A stretch of 64,000 bases of DNA from Patescibacteria group bacterium (GCA_019750255.1 JAIEOU010000006.1:52142-116141); one strand, 5' to 3'; positions 36,818-45,455 are shown, numbered from the stretch's first letter. Notes: a model not told the origin generated them from the letters alone. Translations and numbers: made by a program.

Positions 36818-38311
36818 GTAGGGATCATAGTGATGGATTGCCACGCCCCCAAAACCAGACTCAGTTCCAAAAGTGTTATTTATAAGCGCAATGTTACTGG
36901 TAAGTAATGATTTTGTGGTGCCAAAATAGGTAACATAGTCTGGCTCGACATTACCGACCTCTTGAGCAACGATAACTTTAGTAGCGCTCCCGCGAGCCTC
37001 CGTTATTTCAGGCGAGGATAACTGACGCACACCGTTATTTCCCTCAAAAAAATTTCGGTATGACATGACAATTATGGTGCTATTGGTTTTCCGATTTAGA
37101 ATGCGCAGAAGATGCGTGAAGGTATGGGCGGTTTGGTTACCATAGGTAATTGCTGGAGTCCACGCTTGTTCGGAATCATAAAAGTGCGGAATAACCACAC
37201 CAAACCGGAGAGGTGAGGATTCAAGCTTTGCCGTCGACACATCAATGAACTCTACAAAATTCGTGAGCACAGGCGCTTTATTGCTCTCATAGGTTGAGAG
37301 CAAATACGGTTCTACATCAAATTGAAACCCTCGCAGCGGAAGACCTTGTGCCTTGTAGGCGAGCACAAAATCAATCACACCATAACCCTTCTCACGGTGC
37401 GCTGGTTCTGCCCAGTTCGCCGCACCCGCCAGGGCGTCTACCGCAATCCCCTGCGCCTCCGCCTTACGTACAAACGTCGCCAACGCCGCATAGTACTCGG
37501 CCGAGTCGTATGCCATCCAATCGTCTACTGTTATATAAATTACATTGAAGCCCGCCCTCTTGGCATCCGCAATCACCGTATCCATTTTCGTTCCAGAAAG
37601 CGTCACTGCTGAGTGCCAGAGCCATAGTCCATACTCACCAGACACCGTTGTGCTGGCGGGCACTGCCGGGACAACCTCCGGGGATGTAGTCACTACCGGA
37701 CCCACAGGAACAGAAGGAGCCGCCGCTACCGCACACACATCTCCAGAGAGACTGCTCGTGGTCGCACACACATCAACGCCTGGTTCATTTTCGCCATCAT
37801 GTTTAGTTGTCATAGTGTAGGTGCGACTTATTCCCGGATTTAAGCTTCCCACCTTCCAATAGTAATTACTAGCGCTTGGCGGCGGATTACCAGTTGCATA
37901 CTCCTCACCGCTCGGGTAGTACGCTGAAAAAGCAATATCTCGACACACGCTACGGCCAGCATTCTTTAGCGTAATAATATATCGAAACGTAGTGGCAGAA
38001 GTTTTTTCCGCTACCATGCTCGCCGTGAGGCCACACGACTTCGTTCGGCGGACCGCAGCCGTATTATCATTTTCATCAAGGAAGCTTTCAATCACAGAAC
38101 CCCCTTCGGTGTCAGTTGTTGTCGAGGCCGGTATATTTGAACTAAGGATTCCTCCCTGCAACAGAGACAATTTACTATCAATCTCTGCATTAGTCATGGT
38201 TTCGGAACCTTCATTCTGTGTGCTGCTCGAATTAAAAAATACCACCACGAGCAGTATTGTCAGTCCTGCCAAAAGTCCTATCGAGGTGTATAAAACTTTT
38301 TTTGATTTCAT
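36803..38311 (-). CDS. Secreted DUF11/CARDB-like plus TIM-barrel glycoside-hydrolase-like protein; paralogue B
   Basis: 502-aa ORF with a signal peptide. 'FRYIITLKNAGRSVCRDIAFS' is a DUF11-like repeat. The C-terminal domain has 'EYGLWLWHSAVTLS', 'FQFDVEPYLL' and 'VVIPHFYDSEQAW', which parallel paralogue A. Confidence 0.65.
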   Translation of the reverse strand: MKSKKVLYTSIGLLAGLTILLVVVFFNSSSTQNEGSETMTNAEIDSKLSLLQGGILSSNIPASTTTDTEGGSVIESFLDENDNTAAVRRTKSCGLTASMVAEKTSATTFRYIITLKNAGRSVCRDIAFSAYYPSGEEYATGNPPPSASNYYWKVGSLNPGISRTYTMTTKHDGENEPGVDVCATTSSLSGDVCAVAAAPSVPVGPVVTTSPEVVPAVPASTTVSGEYGLWLWHSAVTLSGTKMDTVIADAKRAGFNVIYITVDDWMAYDSAEYYAALATFVRKAEAQGIAVDALAGAANWAEPAHREKGYGVIDFVLAYKAQGLPLRGFQFDVEPYLLSTYESNKAPVLTNFVEFIDVSTAKLESSPLRFGVVIPHFYDSEQAWTPAITYGNQTAHTFTHLLRILNRKTNSTIIVMSYRNFFEGNNGVRQLSSPEITEARGSATKVIVAQEVGNVEPDYVTYFGTTKSLLTSNIALINNTFGTESGFGGVAIHHYDPYLLLR

Positions 38312-38312
38312 G

Positions 38313-39728
38313 TTAAGAGCTTAATTTATTCAAACTTACCCCAACTCCCGTCCGAGTCCACGTTCCCCATGTGGCCTCTCTTCGCCGAACAATATCACCG
38401 AGTGAGCCAATGAGTGCACGGTACTCAACATACGTGCTGATATGGAATAATATCCAACTTATTGGCGCAATCGCGAAAAACGAAACTTTGCGCAAGGTAC
38501 GATCATCATACAACGCATGCACGAAGAATGGCAGGCTTTCCAATATAATCCAGGTAATAAATGGAGTGTAGTCCTGCGTCAGTGTACAGTAAATGTAGAG
38601 CAACAAGATAATCCAAGGCTCAACAAACAATAGTGCACTGGTAAAGTAATTAAGAGGAATCGCAAACCAACACAGAATCTTGTTGTGCTGCTTCTTTCGG
38701 CTAAAAATCATGTTGGTGTGGTTCGCAAACGTCATCAGCCAGCCATATTTCCAACGAATGCGCTGCTTTACTAGACCCTTTAAAGTATTTGCACCCTCGG
38801 TGTAGACCACAGCGTCATCGGCATATACAATATTCATCCCTTCCGACTGTATCTTCACAGACAGGTCAATATCCTCAGTAATGGTAGAAACATCATAGCC
38901 ACCAAATTTTTCAAACACTTCACGACGGAAGGCGCCCGCAGCCCCACCGATAATATAAATAATTCCCATCACTGACTCGGCTTTTTTCCAATAGAATGTA
39001 AATTGGAACTCAAGCTTCTGAAGCATGGTAACGGGATTATCAGGATTCCCTACTTTTACGTTACCAACCGCTGCCATCACGGTCGGATTGTCAAAACGAC
39101 GAACAAAATTTCGTACAGTATTCTTCTCGAGCAGACAGTCAGCATCAATAGACATAATAATGTCACCCGTTGCTCGCTCGAGTGCGTAATTGAGAGCCCG
39201 GCCCTTTCCGCCATTCTCTTTATAAAAATATAATAACTTTTTCCCTCGCGGTAGTTTTACCGATGCGACATAATCACGCATCATCGTATCTGAATTATCT
39301 TTTGATCCGTCATTAACAACAATGAGCTCAATATGAGGGTAATCATTCATCAGTACACTCTTTACGGTTGAAAGCAGACCAACCTCCTCGTTATAGGCAG
39401 GAATCAGGATGGATACCGTATGAGGCTTGGCCGCGTATGTACGGTTGTCTAAATACTTCCACACGTCATACCATGGACCAACGACCATAAATGCAAATCC
39501 CTTAACGTATTTCGTGATGAGGGTTGAAGCAAAAACCGCAATAATTAAAGCTATGAATTTAAGACCCTCATCAACTTCGGGAGATGCCAAAAACATACTA
39601 GTCACGATAAAAATCGTTAGCCCGTACATCGCTCCGTAAATAATGAGGTTTTTTAGCATAACTCCACCGGTTTTTTTGAGAAATACCGACATCAAGCGCC
39701 CTGTATCGAATGTGGCGAAATATAACAT
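38313..39728 (-). CDS. Processive family-2 glycosyltransferase, PgaC/IcaA/NodC-like synthase; paralogue B
   Basis: The motifs are 'VSILIPAYNEE', 'VVNDGSKDNS', 'IMSIDADC', 'TEDIDLSVK' and 'QRIRWKYG'. The stop/start nearly abuts the downstream hydrolase (38311/38313). The true start may be an internal Met (~39692) because a sigma70-like promoter overlaps the annotated ATG. Confidence 0.8.
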   Translation of the reverse strand: MLYFATFDTGRLMSVFLKKTGGVMLKNLIIYGAMYGLTIFIVTSMFLASPEVDEGLKFIALIIAVFASTLITKYVKGFAFMVVGPWYDVWKYLDNRTYAAKPHTVSILIPAYNEEVGLLSTVKSVLMNDYPHIELIVVNDGSKDNSDTMMRDYVASVKLPRGKKLLYFYKENGGKGRALNYALERATGDIIMSIDADCLLEKNTVRNFVRRFDNPTVMAAVGNVKVGNPDNPVTMLQKLEFQFTFYWKKAESVMGIIYIIGGAAGAFRREVFEKFGGYDVSTITEDIDLSVKIQSEGMNIVYADDAVVYTEGANTLKGLVKQRIRWKYGWLMTFANHTNMIFSRKKQHNKILCWFAIPLNYFTSALLFVEPWIILLLYIYCTLTQDYTPFITWIILESLPFFVHALYDDRTLRKVSFFAIAPISWILFHISTYVEYRALIGSLGDIVRRREATWGTWTRTGVGVSLNKLSS

Positions 39729-39748
39729 TTTTATACATGATTGTCAAA
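39718..39748 (-). promoter_or_regulatory. Sigma70-like promoter (TTGACA-17 nt-TATATT) for GT2 paralogue B
   Basis: On the minus strand the sequence reads ttgaca-atcatgtataaaaatgt-tatatt. It sits immediately after the terminator hairpin of the upstream gene. Coordinates are +/-2 nt. Confidence 0.4.
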
Positions 39749-39752
39749 TAAT

Positions 39753-39782
39753 AAACACCACACTTCTCAGGGTGTGGTGTTT
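39753..39782. terminator. Intrinsic terminator hairpin (aaacaccacac-ttctcagg-gtgtggtgttt) downstream of the DUF642/InlB-B gene
   Basis: Perfect 11-bp stem followed by a T-rich tract on the minus strand. Confidence 0.65.
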
Positions 39783-39802
39783 ATTATTTGTGGTCTTAAC
39801 TA

Positions 39803-41296
39803 TTACTTCTTCACCGTTACCCGGCGTGAAGCCACATAGAGGAACGAAAGTATTGTCTGCCCACCAAAGGTTGCAGCACCGCCAGCACCAGTATCAGGAG
39901 CGCCGTAAGGCACGGCCGTTACCTGCTCACCGAGCACCTGACCTTCTGGAGCCTCATGGAGGTTAGTGTTGTCACGGTTTGAGCGACGTCCACCACCGCC
40001 ACCGCCGCCAGTCCGAACATCATTAAGATCGAAGTGTGCGGTGAGGCTGTAATCCTGTGTCATGGTCACGGTACATGGTGTGGTGTTGCCAGTACAGGTA
40101 CCGCCGCCAACAGTCCAGCTGTTATCAAAGTTTGATCCCTCAGCCGGAGTGACCGTTAGTGTCACCACCGTACCGCTCGCATAGGTGTGTGAGCAGTCGT
40201 TAGCTTCACCGCCGTTAGTTGAACAGATGATACCCTCAAGCTCGCCATCAGTCACACCACCAAACCCTTCGCCGGTCAGGGCAAGACTCAAGGTGAAGAC
40301 ATCGTCTTCTGAATCATCATCGTCATCATCACGACCTGCACAATTGACCGATACCGCGTCGATTAAGGTACCAAAGGTATCCTGCGTACCCGCGTCTTCA
40401 AATGAGACCACTGCCTCACTGTCGGTAGCAACAAACGTATAGGTGTACGGAGTCCAGTTGGTATCTGAAAGCTCAGAACCGTCAGCACTGTGAGTACCCT
40501 TCACCACACCATCAACCTTTGCCACCAGCACGTTTGAGTCAGCATCGTAGCCCGGCTTTGGAGAAAACTGGTATGACACGGTGTACGTGTAACCAGGAAT
40601 GGTTGGAATCGTCTGGAGGATACGGACACCGGCCTGTTCGCCGTTATATTCACCACCTGGCGCTGGATTGTAGTTTGAGTCGAGCTCGGCGTACTGGTCA
40701 CCGTCGGCTGGGGTAAAGTAGCCACCCTGGAGCTCAAGGACCGGAGTCTTTGGCGCACCGTCACTTGGGAAGAGCCACTCCACAATCCAGGCAAGACCAT
40801 TCAGCTCAGATGGAAATACATCCCAACCAAAACCGTCCTCATCAAGCACCGGGACTTCAAAGCTGCCATTTTCAATCAAATTTGCCTCTACGTTACATTC
40901 TAAAACCGCTTCCGTTACGGGCACTTCTTCCTCCTGTGGCGGTACCTCGGTTTCCATCTCAGGGTCGGTAGAAGAAGGCGCTTCCACAAGTAATTCATCG
41001 CTTAGTGGCTGATCCTCTTGCGGAGGAACGCCGGTTTCAGTCTCCGGGTCGGTAGTTGAAGCTTCGCCCTCAATCACTTCATCTTCGATATCGAACACGA
41101 ACGCAACCGGATCTGGTGACTCACCCGGCTCAGTTGGGCTTGGGTTTCCATCAATGAGTAACGGAGTTGGGTCAACCACGTCCTCTGCCGCGGCCACAAA
41201 GACAGACGCTGGCAGCACACTTAAGGTAAGGGCGAACATAGTAATAAACGCCACTGTGCGGACTCCAACAACCGTCGGGGTGATAAACGAGTTCAT
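39803..41296 (-). CDS. Secreted protein with an acidic Pro/Glu/Thr-rich linker, a DUF642-like beta-sandwich ('NLIENGSFE'), a poly-Asp tract, a divergent InlB B-repeat domain and a C-terminal sorting-signal-like tail ('APDTGAGG' + hydrophobic + RRVTVKK)
   Basis: The signal peptide is 'VAFITMFALTLSVLPASVFVAAA'. 'VEANLIENGSFEVP' is DUF642-like. 'GIICSTNGGEANDCSHTYASGTVVTLTVTPAEGSNFDNSWTVGGGTCTGNTTPCTVTM' fits the divergent InlB B-repeat. The C-terminus 'APDTGAGGAATFGGQTILSFLYVASRRVTVKK' has the tripartite layout of sortase substrates. Confidence 0.7.
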   Translation of the reverse strand: MNSFITPTVVGVRTVAFITMFALTLSVLPASVFVAAAEDVVDPTPLLIDGNPSPTEPGESPDPVAFVFDIEDEVIEGEASTTDPETETGVPPQEDQPLSDELLVEAPSSTDPEMETEVPPQEEEVPVTEAVLECNVEANLIENGSFEVPVLDEDGFGWDVFPSELNGLAWIVEWLFPSDGAPKTPVLELQGGYFTPADGDQYAELDSNYNPAPGGEYNGEQAGVRILQTIPTIPGYTYTVSYQFSPKPGYDADSNVLVAKVDGVVKGTHSADGSELSDTNWTPYTYTFVATDSEAVVSFEDAGTQDTFGTLIDAVSVNCAGRDDDDDDSEDDVFTLSLALTGEGFGGVTDGELEGIICSTNGGEANDCSHTYASGTVVTLTVTPAEGSNFDNSWTVGGGTCTGNTTPCTVTMTQDYSLTAHFDLNDVRTGGGGGGGRRSNRDNTNLHEAPEGQVLGEQVTAVPYGAPDTGAGGAATFGGQTILSFLYVASRRVTVKK

Positions 41297-41657
41297 ACAA
41301 GAATATTATGGTAAATAAGGCAAAATTTCACGCCACACGACAGAGTTGCTCGTGTTATGCGCTATAGTACCTTTGTCATGTCAAATTTGCAAGATAGACC
41401 ACATTTTAAGTGAAATATCAAATCTTAATGGTTCTCCTGCCCTGCCAATAGAGGTAAGTCGATCTTAATAGGTGACAGTACCAGCCCTTCCGCGTGCGCT
41501 TCGCGTAGCGGCCCACAAACTCTGGCCCGTCCCGTACTGTATTCAGAATCTGCCTCCTCTGCACGACCCAAGGCTTTGGTCGGATGTTTTTACAGAAAAC
41601 GCACTTATTAAATGTATACTAGAATCTCTCCCCCACTCCCCTCAAATGTTTTAAATC

Positions 41658-42161
41658 ATGAAAGACCGACTGCTCTCATATTATAAGAACGACTTTTTGC
41701 GCCATAACGTCATCTTTTTTATTGGTTCTATGACGGTGGCGGTACTCAACTATGTCTACCACCCCATCGTCAGCCGCCTCCTTTCAGTTGAGGAATTTGG
41801 TGAACTGCAAGCCTACTTCTCTCTCATTGTACAAATTGGGGTTATTTCCGGCGTGTTTGGGCGCATCATCCTTAACATAAAGACCAATATCTCCGATACC
41901 GATGACGGTCAAATCGTTGTTAGTCACCTGTATTCCCTGTCTACCATTGTGACAGCTCTCATTGCCGCCACTCTCATAATCTTTTCTCCATACATCGGTG
42001 CCTTCTTTAACCTGCCCGGCACCATTGGCCTCCTCCTTACCGGCGCAATCCTCATCATCTCCATTCCCCTTACTTTTGCCAAGTTTGAACTTCAAGCGAT
42101 GTTTCTCCGGAGACCGGGACTCCGGGATTTTGAAGTCGACGCCTGCCACATCCTCATCTGA
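41658..42161 (+). pseudogene. 5' fragment of a Wzx-like polysaccharide-biosynthesis/oligosaccharide flippase (MOP superfamily) gene, truncated after ~150 codons by the tandem repeat at 42105
   Basis: The N-terminus 'MKDRLLSYYKNDFLRHNVIFFIGSMTVAVLNYVYHPIVSRLLSVEEFGELQAYFSL' is typical of ~450-aa flippases. The reading frame runs into repeat sequence at codon ~150 and stops, and no remainder lies downstream. Confidence 0.55.
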
Positions 42162-42332
42162 ACCGCGGCCTCGGCCGCAACCCTGCCGTCAGGAGATCCC
42201 TCCTGACGGCAGTTTTTTCTCCGGAGACCGGGACTCCGGGATTTTGAAGTCGACGCCTGCCACATCCTCATCTGAACCGCGGCCTCGGCCGCAACCCTGC
42301 CGTCAGGAGATCCCTCCTGACGGCAGTTTAAC
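42105..42332. repeat. Perfect tandem duplication of a 114-bp palindrome-rich element (2 copies; the unit contains tctccggaga, gcggcctcggccgc and ccgtcaggagatccctcctgacgg hairpins)
   Basis: Copies at 42105..42218 and 42219..42332 are identical by eye. The ORF-track peptides 'FSGDRDSGILKSTPATSSSEPRPRPQPCRQEIPPDGS' x2 are read-through artefacts of this repeat. Confidence 0.85.
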
Positions 42333-42368
42333 TTATCAAGATCCAATAAACGCTGTACTATACGGCGT

Positions 42369-43355
42369 ATGAAATCAATCTTCCCAGACAAGCTCAAGAA
42401 GGGTGACAAGATAATGGTGGTCGCACCATCTGACTCATTAGCGCTTATCGATGAAAAGGTACAAAACGTTGCAAAGAGCCGTTTTGAACAACTTAGCCTG
42501 GAACTATCCTTTGCCAACAACGTGTCTGAGTTAAATGTTTTTGACTCTTCAAGCATCGAGTCTAGAGTTAATGATATCCACCAAGCATTTCTTGATTCGA
42601 GCGTGAGAGGTATATTCACTGCCTACGGTGGATATAATGCTAACCAACTCCTGCGCTACCTTGACTGGGATCTCATTAAGAATAACCCGAAAGTATTCAT
42701 CGGTTTTTCTGATACAACGGTACTGCAAAATGCTATTTTTGCAAAAACTGGTTTAGTGACCTACTCCGGTCCATCATATGCACGTTTTGGACAAGAACTA
42801 TTTTTTGATTACACATTAGAGTATTTTAAGAAGTGCTTACTCAATAGTGAAACTTTTCGAATTTTTCCTAGCGAATTATGGAGTGATGATTGGTGGCTAC
42901 AGGAACAGGACCAGCGAATACAAACTATAAATACCGGTTGGCACACCATTAACGTTGGAAAGACTACCGGCATAATGCTTGGGGGTAATCTCTCAACACT
43001 TAACCTCCTCCAGGGAACAGAGTATTTCCCTAACATCGCTGAAAGTATTCTCTTCTTAGAAGACGACTCAGAATCTAGCCTGGCTCACTTTGATCGTGAT
43101 TTACAGTCCCTCATACATCTCCCCAACTTCGATAGAGTGCGCGGTCTGATGATTGGGCGGTTCCAGAAATCAAGTAAGGTCACCCTGGAAAATCTAACGA
43201 CGATGATTCAATCCAAGAAGGAATTACAACACATACCGGTAGTGGCAAATATAGACTTTGGACATACCGACCCGATCCTTACACTTCCTATTGGTGGAGA
43301 AGTCGAGATGACTCTCTCCGACCGCGAGTCAATTATAACGGTTCTACAACACTAG
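42369..43355 (+). CDS. LD-carboxypeptidase (peptidase S66, LdcA/MccF-like)
   Basis: 'VFIGFSDTTVL' carries the Ser nucleophile and 'ANIDFGHTDP' the His. 'GIMLGGNLSTL' is also present. Length is 328 aa. Confidence 0.8.
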   Translation: MKSIFPDKLKKGDKIMVVAPSDSLALIDEKVQNVAKSRFEQLSLELSFANNVSELNVFDSSSIESRVNDIHQAFLDSSVRGIFTAYGGYNANQLLRYLDWDLIKNNPKVFIGFSDTTVLQNAIFAKTGLVTYSGPSYARFGQELFFDYTLEYFKKCLLNSETFRIFPSELWSDDWWLQEQDQRIQTINTGWHTINVGKTTGIMLGGNLSTLNLLQGTEYFPNIAESILFLEDDSESSLAHFDRDLQSLIHLPNFDRVRGLMIGRFQKSSKVTLENLTTMIQSKKELQHIPVVANIDFGHTDPILTLPIGGEVEMTLSDRESIITVLQH

Positions 43356-43365
43356 AAATTTCTAG

Positions 43366-43406
43366 TTTCTCCGGAGCTAAATTACTTCAGAGACCGGGAC
43401 TGCGGA
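43366..43406. repeat. Partial copy of the 42105 repeat cores (ttctccggag ... agaccgggactgcggag), preceded by the ctagaaatttctag palindrome just after the LdcA stop
   Basis: Shared 10-12-nt cores seen directly in the sequence. Confidence 0.5.
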
Positions 43407-43505
43407 GTTGGTCCAGTGGAGTTGTGGTACCACTATATACTATGCATGATTACGAACGAGTAGCGCTCGTAGCGCAAACAGTACCTTAGGCCGTTCGTGA
43501 ATTAC

Positions 43506-44150
43506 CTACGGCTGGCAGGTTGTAGTTGGTAGACCACTAGAGTTTAAGGCATACCAATAACTTGTAGTCTGACTACAGCTCCCGGCAAAGGGATCTCGGC
43601 GCGCACTGCCAGAAAATCCGTTTGGTCTGATTTCAAAGTGTAGATGCGGACCAGATGACTGGCCCGATGAGCCACTATTACCAATCCGAGCACCACACAG
43701 AACGGATGACAAACCAACCACAGTACCTAACTTCATATGGGCGTATACAGCCATTTCTCCACCGGCACCGTCGTATGGTGATTGGTGGTCAATACGTACA
43801 TGGTTACCATACCGTCCTCCACAGGTGCTACTCAAAGACCCATACGTAGGACAAGAATCAACGCGATAGTACAAACCACCTTTTGCAGCGGCAAATACAG
43901 TTGTTCCTTCACTAACCGAAAAATCGGTACCTTGGTGGTTTTCATAGACTTTTGTGGTACTGCACGAATACCTTTTTGCGACCGTTGTGCTTACATCATC
44001 GTCCTTGAAATACGTAATATTTGGGGTCCCACTTATGGGGCTTCGGTATTTTATTTGGGCGGACATTACCTTAGGCATAGCTGAAATAACTACAACAAAC
44101 AACGTCATGACGAGGATACTCTTTACCGGAATAGTTATCATATATCCCAT
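43506..44150 (-). CDS. M23 family metallopeptidase (LytM-like peptidoglycan endopeptidase), secreted
   Basis: The motifs are 'HQGTDF', 'GNHVRIDH' and 'GNSGSSGQSSGPHLHFEI'. The start is moved to the internal Met at 44150 (signal peptide 'MGYMITIPVKSILVMTLFVVVISA'), 4 nt after the upstream stop. The ORF-track start at 44246 overlaps the previous gene. Confidence 0.8.
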   Translation of the reverse strand: MGYMITIPVKSILVMTLFVVVISAMPKVMSAQIKYRSPISGTPNITYFKDDDVSTTVAKRYSCSTTKVYENHQGTDFSVSEGTTVFAAAKGGLYYRVDSCPTYGSLSSTCGGRYGNHVRIDHQSPYDGAGGEMAVYAHMKLGTVVGLSSVLCGARIGNSGSSGQSSGPHLHFEIRPNGFSGSARRDPFAGSCSQTTSYWYALNSSGLPTTTCQP

Positions 44151-44154
44151 AAGG

Positions 44155-45192
44155 CTACTTGATAATATTTCCTTCCAGATCAAGCGTAATAATGGAGGAA
44201 TCCTTGGCCTTACCACGAGCTGAGACCACGAGGATCTGCGTTCCATCCTGAGACCAGGTTGGCATCACACCAAACCCGATCACCTTTGCAGAGACAAGTC
44301 GACGATTAGCAAAATCGACTTCATGGACCCAAATTCGACGGTCTGATTCGTACACGAAGTGTCGTCCGGTAGTTGACCATACTGGTAACTCGGAAGGACT
44401 ATCGATGGTTTCACTCGACACAAACTCTTGGCCAAGGTTAGTGAGCTGCGTGCGGTTATTACCATCTGCATCAACCATATAGAGCGAGATTAGCCCTGCC
44501 GGATTAGTGCTATAAAAAAATATATAGTTACCATCCGAGGACCAAAAAGGCGCATAATCTTCAGTTTCATTAGTGAGCTGAATTTCTTTACCTGTCCCAA
44601 CCTCAACTATCGACAAACCCGGTGACCCGTCGAGGTAATCGCCCACTTGCCAGGTTTCGGCTAATTTCTTATACACGACTTTTGACCCATCAAAACTAAT
44701 ATCAGGGTTTAACGCTTTACTAGCCACCAGGTTACTTTGGCGTGTAGCCAAATCGTAAATACTAACTTCTGCCTTCTTATTTACATACACAACCTTTTCT
44801 CTACCCGACTTATCGTACGCTGCCCATTCAACATTTTCCGCAAGCTGCTCTTGCATACCCGTACCACCGTCGATGACAACTAGATTAACCGTCTCTACTT
44901 GTTCAGAACTTGGGAGTGCGTCTTTAGTTTTCTTACCTGCAAGCAGTCTTCCATTTTGCTCACCGTATAAAAAAAGAACGTCACCGCCCGTGGTGACTCT
45001 CCTTGAGTTGTCTACTGTCGAATAATAAATGTCATTGTTTTCGAGCCTAAACTTTCCCGCCTCTACGAGTGAAGGACTGGTTATTCCCCACCGCAATATT
45101 CCAAGCCCTCCCAAAACGATAAGTCCTGTTATGGACAGAACAACTGCGTGCTTACGCATGACAAAATTATATTTTTTATTAAGTAAACTCAT
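44155..45192 (-). CDS. TolB-like beta-propeller protein (WD40-like PD40 repeats), membrane-anchored
   Basis: The repeats are 'ISFDGSKVVY', 'APFWSSDGNYIFFYS', 'PVWSTTGRHFVYESD' and 'MPTWSQDGTQILVVS'. The N-terminal TM is 'AVVLSITGLIVLGGLGIL'. Confidence 0.65.
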   Translation of the reverse strand: MSLLNKKYNFVMRKHAVVLSITGLIVLGGLGILRWGITSPSLVEAGKFRLENNDIYYSTVDNSRRVTTGGDVLFLYGEQNGRLLAGKKTKDALPSSEQVETVNLVVIDGGTGMQEQLAENVEWAAYDKSGREKVVYVNKKAEVSIYDLATRQSNLVASKALNPDISFDGSKVVYKKLAETWQVGDYLDGSPGLSIVEVGTGKEIQLTNETEDYAPFWSSDGNYIFFYSTNPAGLISLYMVDADGNNRTQLTNLGQEFVSSETIDSPSELPVWSTTGRHFVYESDRRIWVHEVDFANRRLVSAKVIGFGVMPTWSQDGTQILVVSARGKAKDSSIITLDLEGNIIK

Positions 45193-45255
45193 AGTACTCC
45201 CGGCGATTGCGTTGTCAACAAAGCAGCAGATTAGTACGAAGTGTCAATTTATCCC

Positions 45256-45315
45256 GAGACCGGGACTAGGGAGAGGCGAGGAAATGGAGATACGTCCGTT
45301 ATTTTTCTCCGGAGG
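45256..45315. repeat. Further copies of the repeat cores (gagaccgggact at 45256; tttctccggagg at 45304) in the spacer upstream of the TolB-like gene
   Basis: Sequence identity to the cores of the 114-bp unit. Confidence 0.45.
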
Positions 45316-45455
45316 TCCGGCCTCCCGGATCAGCAATTGCTAGCCGTCTGGGACAGTGTTCGAACTTTATAGATCACCGTAGGGAAACAACCTGCGCATT
45401 ACAACGATTGTTTTATAAAGACTTCGAGTGAATGAGCAAGGCTACGCGCTGATCT

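Noticed and set aside
42105-42332. CRISPR array
   Set aside because: There are only two directly abutting identical units with no spacers, the unit is 114 bp, and there are no cas genes in the window.
41998-42619. ORFs 41998..42372 (+) and 42092..42619 (-) with an internally repeated peptide 'FSGDRDSGILKSTPATSSSEPRPRPQPCRQEIPPDGS'
   Set aside because: These are artefacts of reading through the 2x114-bp tandem DNA repeat. They have no start context and overlap the LdcA start.
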